Of a DNA stretch of 46,712 nt, positions 17,182 to 25,434 are shown one piece after another; position 1 is the first letter of the stretch; each line of letters starts with the position of its first letter. Source of the stretch: Candidatus Izemoplasmatales bacterium (GTDB lineage Bacteria; Bacillota_I; Bacilli_A; Izemoplasmatales; Hujiaoplasmataceae). Where the stretch lies: NCBI GenBank assembly GCA_050177605.1, contig JBFXGX010000003.1, forward strand, positions 84,006-130,717, in the 5' to 3' direction. Both the position numbers and the translations under genes were made by a program. The notes beneath the pieces were generated by a model that saw nothing but the letters and a program-made list of their open reading frames with translations, ran no database searches and was not told the origin of the DNA.

Positions 17182-19370
17182 TAGCAAACCCTCTCAATCG
17201 AGTAAATACCACGAATCTTTTGTAGATTTGCGATGACACTATCGAGTTCAAGAACATTTCCAATCTCAATTTTTAGACGAATGATCCCTTCTTTTACGCG
17301 ATTGGTTTGAGCACTTACTTGGTTGACTCTTGCTTTTGAACTGGTTGCGGTATTGATGATTTCCGCAAGGATATTATCTCGATTCATTACAATAATTTTT
17401 AGATTCGTTTCATATTTTTTGGTGATGTTAGCGCCCCAAAATACATCTATTAGTCGTTCTTGTTCAAATGTCGATACATTTTTACAGACGTCGCGGTGGA
17501 CAACGATTCCACTATTTTTCGTTACGTAACCAACAATTTCATCGCCTAGGACTGGGTTACAACAATTCGCCAGTTTCACGCTAGGGTTGGTTAAACCCTC
17601 GACAATGATATTGATATCGCTATGAAGCGTTCTTAACTTTTGTTGTTTCAAGCTGTCTGGAACTTTGTTGATTTTTTCAATCAACTCTTCTTCCGTGAGT
17701 GTTTCTTTTCCGGTAATTAAGTTGATTGCTCCGATTGGAGAAATGATATTTTTTCCAATTTCATAATAAAAATCTTCAACTGTTTTGACACCTTTTGTCT
17801 CAAATAAATCTTTGACAAGTTTATCAGTTAATGTAATTTGTACCTTTTTTAATCCAACTTCTTTTTCGAATTCAGTTTGACCGATATCTACTAAGAAGTC
17901 TCTTCTTTGCTTATTTAAGAAATTCTTAATCTTACTACGCGCATTGGATGTTTTCGCTATTTTTAGCCAGTTATCATTAGGTCCAACGGCGTTTTGGGAT
18001 GTTTTTATTTCGACTACATCCCCCGTTTTGAGTGTGTAGTCGAGTGGTTGAATTTTACCATTAATAATCGCTCCAACCGTTTTTTCACCGACTTTCGTAT
18101 GAATTCTAAACGCAAAATCGAGTGGAGTTGCCCCAGCTGTTAAGTCGATAATATCGCCATTTGGCGTAAACACATAAACATTGGCATTTAGAATGTCGTC
18201 GGTGAAAATATTTAATATTTCTTCTTCTGATTCACTTTCTTCGGTATAACGAATTAATTCAGAATACCAACGTAGTTTAGAAGAAACAATATCTTCGATA
18301 TTTTTTCTGGATTGTACTCCAGATTGATTTTCTTTATAGGCCCAGTGAGCCGCAACCCCTTTTTCCGCAATCTCATCCATCTCTTTCGTTCGAATCTGAA
18401 TTTCATAGATTTTACCTTTGTAAAGAACGGTCGTATGAAGTGATTGATACATATTTGGTTTTGGCATCGCAATATAATCTTTGAATCTACCAGGAACTGG
18501 AATAAACTTTGAATGAACAATTCCGATTGCTCTGTAACAATCTGAAATCGTATCAACAATGACCCGTAAAGCTAAGAGGTCATTGATTTCTTCAAAGTCG
18601 AGATGTTTCATTTTCATTTTGCGATAAACAGAGTGAATATTTTTGATTCTTCCGTTGATTTCATAATGTAAGTTTTCTTTTTGCAAAATCTCATCGAGAT
18701 CTTTTTGCATCATCAAGATATCTGCTTCTCGATTGCCTTTTTTATCTTTAATCATTCGTGAGATTTCAAGATATTCATCTGGGTATAAATACTTAAAAGC
18801 AAGATCCTCTAATTCGGCTTTGAGTCGATACATACCAAGACGATGAGCAATTGGCGCAAATACGTCCAGCGTTTCTCTCGATATTCGTTGTTGGCGTTCA
18901 GAATCTAGATGATATAAAGTGCGCATATTATTGAGTCTATCGGCGAGTTTAACAAAAATAACCCGAATGTCTTTTGCCATCGCAAGAACCATTTTTTGAT
19001 GATTCTTAACTTGTTGAGACACTTTGGATCCTTCGTATTGTAATAAGTGTAATTTGGTTAATCCTTCGACAATATCCGCTACTTCTTCACCAAATAATTC
19101 TTTAACTTCTTTATATTCTGTATCCGTGTCTTCTAAAATATCATGAAGTAATCCAGCAACGATGGTGTTCGGGTCCACACGGTATTCTGCTAGCGTAATT
19201 GCAACTTGGGTTGGATGAATGATGTAAGGTTCTCCCGATTTACGAAGTTGTCCTTGATGCTTCATAAAAGCATAGTCAAAAGCACGCCTGATAAAATCGA
19301 GGTGTTCTTTTTTCGACAAATATGTTTTTATCTGCTCTTCAAGAGGAGCGTATGCATCGTCCTGAAACAT
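17181..19370 (-). CDS. rel: Bifunctional (p)ppGpp synthetase/hydrolase Rel
   Basis: HD motif LLHD, KLADRL, YQSLHT, EIQIRT; TGS, zinc-finger (NCCNP) and ACT regions. Confidence 0.97.
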   Translation of the reverse strand: MFQDDAYAPLEEQIKTYLSKKEHLDFIRRAFDYAFMKHQGQLRKSGEPYIIHPTQVAITLAEYRVDPNTIVAGLLHDILEDTDTEYKEVKELFGEEVADIVEGLTKLHLLQYEGSKVSQQVKNHQKMVLAMAKDIRVIFVKLADRLNNMRTLYHLDSERQQRISRETLDVFAPIAHRLGMYRLKAELEDLAFKYLYPDEYLEISRMIKDKKGNREADILMMQKDLDEILQKENLHYEINGRIKNIHSVYRKMKMKHLDFEEINDLLALRVIVDTISDCYRAIGIVHSKFIPVPGRFKDYIAMPKPNMYQSLHTTVLYKGKIYEIQIRTKEMDEIAEKGVAAHWAYKENQSGVQSRKNIEDIVSSKLRWYSELIRYTEESESEEEILNIFTDDILNANVYVFTPNGDIIDLTAGATPLDFAFRIHTKVGEKTVGAIINGKIQPLDYTLKTGDVVEIKTSQNAVGPNDNWLKIAKTSNARSKIKNFLNKQRRDFLVDIGQTEFEKEVGLKKVQITLTDKLVKDLFETKGVKTVEDFYYEIGKNIISPIGAINLITGKETLTEEELIEKINKVPDSLKQQKLRTLHSDINIIVEGLTNPSVKLANCCNPVLGDEIVGYVTKNSGIVVHRDVCKNVSTFEQERLIDVFWGANITKKYETNLKIIVMNRDNILAEIINTATSSKARVNQVSAQTNRVKEGIIRLKIEIGNVLELDSVIANLQKIRGIYSIERVC

Positions 19371-19384
19371 CCATGTCCCTCCTT

Positions 19385-19897
19385 TTAGTATTGAATCAAT
19401 ACTTTGATTGGGTAGTTTCCTATTTTTTCTCTTCCGTTTAATTCTTTTAATTCAATTAAAAAACCTAAACCTACAACGGTAGCACCGGCTTCTTCGACAA
19501 GTTTGATCGTCGCTTCCATCGTTCCACCAGTGGCGAGTAAGTCATCCATAATGACGACTTTATCATCCTTGCTAACTGCGTCTTTATGCATACAAAGTGT
19601 ATTTTTACCGTATTCTAAAGAATAATCATAAGACAAGACTTCTCTTGGTAGTTTTCCAGGTTTTCTAACTGGCACAAACCCAATTTTTAATGAAGAAGCT
19701 ACAGGGGCTCCTGTAATAAATCCTCTCGCATCTGGTCCGATAACTTTCGTTGCGCCTAGTTCTTTTGAAAAGTCCGCTAAGACTTTGATTGCTTCTGAAA
19801 AAGCTTCTCCATCACCAATCAGTGGTGTGATATCTTTAAATTGTATTCCTTCAATCGGAAAGTTTGGTACATTTGTAATATAATCTTCAAATTTCAT
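19385..19897 (-). CDS. apt: Adenine phosphoribosyltransferase
   Basis: FKDITP, RKPGKLP, LEYG and DDLLATGGT motifs; start trimmed to MKFEDY. Confidence 0.96.
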   Translation of the reverse strand: MKFEDYITNVPNFPIEGIQFKDITPLIGDGEAFSEAIKVLADFSKELGATKVIGPDARGFITGAPVASSLKIGFVPVRKPGKLPREVLSYDYSLEYGKNTLCMHKDAVSKDDKVVIMDDLLATGGTMEATIKLVEEAGATVVGLGFLIELKELNGREKIGNYPIKVLIQY

Positions 19898-19902
19898 GCG
19901 TG

Positions 19903-22008
19903 TTATTCCTCCATCCATGCATTCAGTGTTTTATATATATTCTGTATAGAATCTTGATATAACCAAGTAATTCTCTTGTTTAGGCTATCAAGTTGTTGGT
20001 ATGTTTTGGATAATACAAGTTCGGTTCTTTCAATGTTATCTCTTTTGATGAATCCATCGTTCGTTTCATCAATAAAGTTTAATTCTTTAAAAGCTTGGAT
20101 GACTTTTTTTAGCACCCATAATGGTAGTTTAGACTTCTTTTCAAGGAATTGAAATGAAATCACTGTTTTTTCTGGAAACAACTTAAAAACCATACGATAC
20201 GTATCTTTATCGACAGCCATCTTTAATAACGTATCTTCTGATTTAGGACAGATATAGATGGTCTGTGGAGCCATTTCTTTTAAATCAAATTTTTGCGGAT
20301 GATCAAGGAAATAATGGTCATCAATCACAAGGGATGTCGCCTTAATAAAGGGTGCTCCTAAATCATACTCTTCCTTGGCTCTTAAGTCAATAACTTGGAA
20401 GTTTTTACATGAGATATCTTTGATTAAAATTTGGATTGTTTGGCGATTTCTCCATTCATTGACACTCATTCCACCAATGAGGTCGATTTCATCCCCAACT
20501 TCGAGAGCAAAATAGTATTCTAAACTATTAAAATGCAATGCTTCGATGGTAAGTCCTTGATAACTTAAAACAAACTTTGTATGTTTGTCACTCATCTTTT
20601 GTTTTTTATCAATCCGTAATCCTTCAAATAGAAACAAGGCAGTGAAGAAAGAATTGTCCTGCAGTTTCTTCACAGTATTGACGGAAATATGATTGATTTC
20701 TACGCATGCATCTGCTTCTAAGATTGGTGATTCATTATGTGAACTACAACGTTGAAGTTCACGGCTAAACTCAAATATATTCTCTTTTTTGATTTGTAAT
20801 CCAGCTGCTTGACTATGTCCCCCAAACTTCTCGAGATACTTTTTATTGTTTTCGAGCATTGTAAGGATATTTTCTCCGCCAAAACTACGCATAGAACCTT
20901 TGCCCATACCTTCATCATCTACGGTAATCACCACGGTTGATTTCTGATATTTCTCAGCGATTTTTTGAGCGCAAATTCCAATAACACCCTCATGAAGTAG
21001 TGGTGAATGAATCACGACGACATCATCACTTGGATCGACGAGTTTTTCGCATAGTAAAAACGCTTCTTCCGTTAAATCCTTTCGATTTGCGTGATTTTCC
21101 TCAATATGAAGAATGAGATGAGCAACTTCACTTTCAGATTCGCTAACAAGCAATTTAACGGCTTCTTTGGCTCTTCCAAGCCTACCTGAACTATTGATCT
21201 TCGGTGCGATTTTAAAAGCGATAGCTGTTTCATTGATGATGTCAAGATGAGAATATTCAATCATCTTTTTTAAGCCTAAATTGAGCGTCTTTTTGAGCGC
21301 AATGAGTCCTAAATTAACCATGGCTTGATTTTCATTTTCTAGCGGCATTAAGTCCGCAATGGTCCCAATCATTACTAGATCAAATAAATCGTCAAGTTCT
21401 TTTCCGTGTAATGCGCTCGCTAGTTTGTAGGCTACCATAACACCAGCGATTTCTTTAAAAGGATAATGGCTAGATAATTTTGGATGAACTAAAGCAAAAG
21501 CCTTTGGTAGTTCTTCTTTCACTTCATGATGATCAGTGATAATGGTGTCAATGCCATATTGATTAAGCAATGCAACTTCATCAGTACAGGTAATGCCATT
21601 ATCGACAGTAATGACCAGTTTTACATCTTCTTTGATCATTTTATGACTCGCTTTGAGATTTAATCCATACCCATCCACAAATCGGTCAGGTAGATCATAA
21701 CTCACGTTGGCATTTTTCATACGAAGAGCGCGGTATAGGACACTGATGGCGGTAATCCCATCACAATCATAATCACCAAAAATAACAATTTTTTCTTGTA
21801 GGTTGATTGCTTGATTAATTCTCGCAACTGCTTTTTCCATATCATTGATTAAAAACGGCGAATGAAGGGTTTCTTTCCCCATTGTAAAGAAATGATCTGG
21901 ATCGTCAATCCCTCGGTTGGAAAGAATCACTCGATAGATATCTTTATCTTGAATAATACCTGGTGCTTTGGTTCGCCATGTATATTTTGGTTTTAACACA
22001 TACATCAC
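19903..22008 (-). CDS. recJ: Single-stranded-DNA exonuclease RecJ
   Basis: GDYDCDG, TVDNG, TDHH, GTIAD and FGGH motifs; recJ-apt-rel order. Confidence 0.95.
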   Translation of the reverse strand: MMYVLKPKYTWRTKAPGIIQDKDIYRVILSNRGIDDPDHFFTMGKETLHSPFLINDMEKAVARINQAINLQEKIVIFGDYDCDGITAISVLYRALRMKNANVSYDLPDRFVDGYGLNLKASHKMIKEDVKLVITVDNGITCTDEVALLNQYGIDTIITDHHEVKEELPKAFALVHPKLSSHYPFKEIAGVMVAYKLASALHGKELDDLFDLVMIGTIADLMPLENENQAMVNLGLIALKKTLNLGLKKMIEYSHLDIINETAIAFKIAPKINSSGRLGRAKEAVKLLVSESESEVAHLILHIEENHANRKDLTEEAFLLCEKLVDPSDDVVVIHSPLLHEGVIGICAQKIAEKYQKSTVVITVDDEGMGKGSMRSFGGENILTMLENNKKYLEKFGGHSQAAGLQIKKENIFEFSRELQRCSSHNESPILEADACVEINHISVNTVKKLQDNSFFTALFLFEGLRIDKKQKMSDKHTKFVLSYQGLTIEALHFNSLEYYFALEVGDEIDLIGGMSVNEWRNRQTIQILIKDISCKNFQVIDLRAKEEYDLGAPFIKATSLVIDDHYFLDHPQKFDLKEMAPQTIYICPKSEDTLLKMAVDKDTYRMVFKLFPEKTVISFQFLEKKSKLPLWVLKKVIQAFKELNFIDETNDGFIKRDNIERTELVLSKTYQQLDSLNKRITWLYQDSIQNIYKTLNAWMEE

Positions 22009-22067
22009 TCATTTCTGAAAATCTAATTATAACCTAAAAACGTTGTAAATACTAAAGAGTTGTTCTG

Positions 22068-22886
22068 CTACTCAAATTTTAATGAAATATCTAGTGAGTG
22101 ATAAGAGTGTGTTAAGGCACCAACACTAATATAGTCGACACCCACTAAAGCCACATCTTTGATTCGTTCGAGAGTCATATTTCCACTCGCCTCTAATAAT
22201 TTTTTACCATGATTGATTGCGACACATTCTTCCATATCAGAAAGCGACATATTATCGAGCATGATAATGTCACAATTAGTGAGTAACGCTTCTTCAAACA
22301 TTGCAATGCTTTCTACTTCAACTTCAATAAGCGTATCTTTAGAAATATTCTTCTTTACTTGATCTACTGCAGACTGAATCGATGAAGAAGCCTTTAAATG
22401 ATTGTCTTTTAACATCACCATATCAGAAAGGCTCATTCTGTGATTTTTACCACCGCCATCTACGACTGCTTGTTTTTCAAGAGCGCGAAGAAGTGGGGTT
22501 GTTTTTCTTGTATCGAGTATTTTTGCGTGAGTGTCTTTGATTTCGTTAACGAAAAGTTTTGTTTTTGATGCGACACCTGACATTCGTTGTAAGAAATTAA
22601 GACCGACGCGTTCTGCCATCAAAATCGATTTTGTTTTCCCTTTTACAACGGCTAAAATATCCCCTTTTTTTAGGATTGTGCCATCTTCGATGAGGACATC
22701 AAATGTCACTGTTGGATCGACTTCTAAAAAGACTTGTTCGCAAACATGAATCCCGGATAGAACACCATCTTCTTTGGCAATAAATTTGCCGGTGGATTCT
22801 TGATTACTAAATAAATACATCGAAGAGATATCGCCCTTTGGCATATCTTCTTCAAGGGCTTTTTTAATGAGTTCTTGTGTTGTCAA
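22068..22886 (-). CDS. nadC: Quinolinate phosphoribosyltransferase (nicotinate-nucleotide diphosphorylase)
   Basis: DTRKT, NHR, LKDNH, EVEVE, MLDNM, EASG and SVGALTHS motifs; probable TTG start at 22886 after GGAGG. Confidence 0.94.
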   Translation of the reverse strand: MTTQELIKKALEEDMPKGDISSMYLFSNQESTGKFIAKEDGVLSGIHVCEQVFLEVDPTVTFDVLIEDGTILKKGDILAVVKGKTKSILMAERVGLNFLQRMSGVASKTKLFVNEIKDTHAKILDTRKTTPLLRALEKQAVVDGGGKNHRMSLSDMVMLKDNHLKASSSIQSAVDQVKKNISKDTLIEVEVESIAMFEEALLTNCDIIMLDNMSLSDMEECVAINHGKKLLEASGNMTLERIKDVALVGVDYISVGALTHSYHSLDISLKFE

Positions 22887-22890
22887 TTGT

Positions 22891-23982
22891 TTAATCCTCC
22901 AAATCAAAGTTGAGTTGTTCTTGGACGCCAACTTTCTTTTCTTTTTTGTATAATTTCACCCATTTGGCACTTCGTCCTTTACCAAGTGGTCGTATTTTAT
23001 TTTCTTCTGCTAAACGTTTTAATGTCCGATTAATTGTCGAATCTGAGATTAATGGATGGCGAAGCCTAACATCTTCTTTTGAAAAGACTTCAGGTAATTT
23101 ATCAATTGTATTTTCAATATAATCGGATTTTGAAATCTCAAGATTGGTTTCATATTCATAATCTCTGGCTTTATCAAAGACATTTCGGTAGATTAAACTA
23201 AACTCTTTTAGGATAAAACGCGCTAATGGCATCATTTCAGAAAAGCCTTCGGACCATCCAAATCTTGTTTTATCAAGAACTTGGTGAAACTCATCAATAT
23301 GAATGAGTAAGTGTTCAAAGAACGAACTATATTTCATTGCAATCATGCCTTCATCAATCGCAAGAATATAAAAGATCAGGATTCCAACAATTTCTTGTTC
23401 TTCAAATTTAAAAATATCCATATGAATAAAGTCAACGGTAAAATTGAGATATAAAAAGAAGTTTTCGATTTGTTTTTGTTTTTTGATTTCGAGCGTTCTA
23501 AGAATCAACTCTTCTAATTGCTCGCGCTTTGAAGTGATTTCAGTTGAGATTAGCGAATGTTTCGTTCTTTCAATCTTTTTATATCCTAATTTATCTGTTG
23601 TGTAATAATCTTTAAATAATAACCTGACAAGGTCATAAATTTCAGTGACATTTAAGTGAAAGGAACTCGTCTCGTTATGATGGATTGTTTTAAAAATCTC
23701 GAGAATGTTTTTATAGAGTTGTTCTTGTCTGTTTTTCGCTACAGTAGAATCTAGTGTAAGTGTTCTCAGCCTTGATTCAGGAATTTTTAATCCAGAAAAA
23801 AAACATTTATAAAAAGAATAAGCTTCACTTAAGATGTTCTTCTCTAAAAAAGTTGCCTTATCACGTGAAAAAAGCGATTCGTAATAATCGTTTTTTCCCA
23901 TCTGGTAATATAATTTTAATGATAACATAAAGACATCATTTGGTACGGGTGTACGGAATATATTATTGATACAATTCATCAT
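22891..23982 (-). CDS. Fic-family protein with a degenerate active site and a C-terminal winged HTH
   Basis: End-to-end resemblance (by eye) to ~350-aa Bacillota Fic-wHTH proteins (SRLRTL...KNRQEQ...KTIH; KYSSF...GWSEG; FSKEDVR...PLISDSTINRTLKRL...GKGRSAKW); the HPFxDGNGR position reads DIFKFEEQE. Confidence 0.7.
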   Translation of the reverse strand: MMNCINNIFRTPVPNDVFMLSLKLYYQMGKNDYYESLFSRDKATFLEKNILSEAYSFYKCFFSGLKIPESRLRTLTLDSTVAKNRQEQLYKNILEIFKTIHHNETSSFHLNVTEIYDLVRLLFKDYYTTDKLGYKKIERTKHSLISTEITSKREQLEELILRTLEIKKQKQIENFFLYLNFTVDFIHMDIFKFEEQEIVGILIFYILAIDEGMIAMKYSSFFEHLLIHIDEFHQVLDKTRFGWSEGFSEMMPLARFILKEFSLIYRNVFDKARDYEYETNLEISKSDYIENTIDKLPEVFSKEDVRLRHPLISDSTINRTLKRLAEENKIRPLGKGRSAKWVKLYKKEKKVGVQEQLNFDLED

Positions 23983-23998
23983 CTATCACCATTTATTA

Positions 23999-24065
23999 AT
24001 TATATCAAATTAAGACCGTTTTGAATTCGTTTAGCATAAACTTTTTTATTTTTTTTGTGCTAAAC
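23999..24065 (-). promoter_or_regulatory. Extended -10 promoter with an upstream inverted repeat for the Fic-like/nadC unit
   Basis: TGATATAAT (24007-23999); GTTTAGCATAAA-N13-TTTGTGCTAAAC (24029-24065, arms match at 11 of 12 positions). Confidence 0.55.
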
Positions 24066-24089
24066 ATATTCATGAAGGTCTTTTTGAGT

Positions 24090-24111
24090 AAAAAAAAACG
24101 GCAAAGCCGTT
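24090..24111 (-). terminator. Intrinsic terminator after the GLUG lipoprotein gene
   Basis: Minus strand AACGGC-ttt-GCCGTT followed by a long T tract. Confidence 0.8.
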
Positions 24112-24114
24112 CTT

Positions 24115-25371
24115 TTACTCTACTGTGATTCCATCAAGCAAATAAGTTAAGTCTATCGATTCATTTGTCCAACCAAGTGTGGAAGTATAGAACGTATCTT
24201 CACTTAACGTTTGAAGCGTGATTGAATCTCCTAAATTTTGATCAAAGTCCGTATTTGAAACAGCATAATAATAAGCATTACTTAGTTCTGTTGTATCACT
24301 ATTAAATCCGATAAATGTACTTAGTAACAAGATTTGGTTTTCTTCTTCAATTACATTAAAATCGACTACACTCACGACTTTATCGACTGTCGAATGCCAG
24401 TCCTCTCCAATGAGCGAACCTATGTAGAGTTGCGCGCCACTCGCTTCGATAGTTGCACTTGCAAAGTTATCATAGATTTGTCCATATTGACTATAGCCAA
24501 TGAATGCGCCAATTGAAGACGATGTGCCATTTGATGTGACTAAGATATCACTGAACACAACATTTCCTTGAATTAAAATCTCTGTGGTATCGACATAGGT
24601 TTCGTAACCGACAAGGATTCCACCATAATGATGCCCTACAAGTCCGCCTACATAAGAGCGATATAAGTCAGAAGTTACATTGATGGTTGCGTTCACTTCA
24701 TTAAATAAAATTTCAGAATTGTATGATTTCCCAATAAGTCCTCCTACATAGGAAAAGAATTGGCTATTCACATAAAGGGATCCTGAGGCATTTGAATTCA
24801 CCACTTGATTTGGAATGAATTCATCGGCTGTCATTTCTGAAGTAAGATAGGCTGATTGAACTCCGACTAATAAACCGACATAGCTTGAAGAAGAAGCATT
24901 CACAATATTGATTTCTCCACTGACATTGACATTTGTGATATTCGCGGTCGAAGATCCAGCAAGTCCACCAGCATAGGTGACAAAACTTGTCGTATAATCA
25001 ATTGAATAATCAGCGATTGTAAGATCATTGATACTACCAGTAACGATTGCAAATAATCCATTATAATCGCTTCCTGAGACTGTAATCGTCATATTCGAAA
25101 TGGTGTGACCATTTCCGTTAAATGTACCACTATAGGGTTCTAAATAACTACCTAATGGGCTCCATTCGATGCCAGATAGATCAAGATCATTCATTAACTC
25201 TATATCCTGTGTCATACCGATTGCTTGCAACTGTGCAACCGTGCTAACTTCTACAGGTTCAGTATTTTGTGTTTCGGTTAAGGTCGTTGTAACAGTGTCT
25301 GCGGTTGTAAGGGAACATCCACTAAGAATCGCGACAAGTCCGAAGACCAGTAGTGTGCTTATTTTTTTCAT
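24115..25371 (-). CDS. GLUG-motif repeat surface lipoprotein
   Basis: Lipobox ILSGC; FNGNGHTISNM; repeated YAGGLAG/YVGLLVG/YVGGLIG/YVGGLVG; acidic and Ser/Thr-rich. Confidence 0.8.
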   Translation of the reverse strand: MKKISTLLVFGLVAILSGCSLTTADTVTTTLTETQNTEPVEVSTVAQLQAIGMTQDIELMNDLDLSGIEWSPLGSYLEPYSGTFNGNGHTISNMTITVSGSDYNGLFAIVTGSINDLTIADYSIDYTTSFVTYAGGLAGSSTANITNVNVSGEINIVNASSSSYVGLLVGVQSAYLTSEMTADEFIPNQVVNSNASGSLYVNSQFFSYVGGLIGKSYNSEILFNEVNATINVTSDLYRSYVGGLVGHHYGGILVGYETYVDTTEILIQGNVVFSDILVTSNGTSSSIGAFIGYSQYGQIYDNFASATIEASGAQLYIGSLIGEDWHSTVDKVVSVVDFNVIEEENQILLLSTFIGFNSDTTELSNAYYYAVSNTDFDQNLGDSITLQTLSEDTFYTSTLGWTNESIDLTYLLDGITVE

Positions 25372-25434
25372 TTATGAACTCCTATCATTATTGATTTAAG
25401 ACTATTTTAAAAGATTTTAGTGTATTTTTTGTGA

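Noticed and set aside
22891..23982. Treating the Fic-like gene as an active toxin or as a pseudogene
   Set aside because: The catalytic motif is absent and there is no antitoxin ORF, yet the frame is full length with a promoter and coupling to nadC
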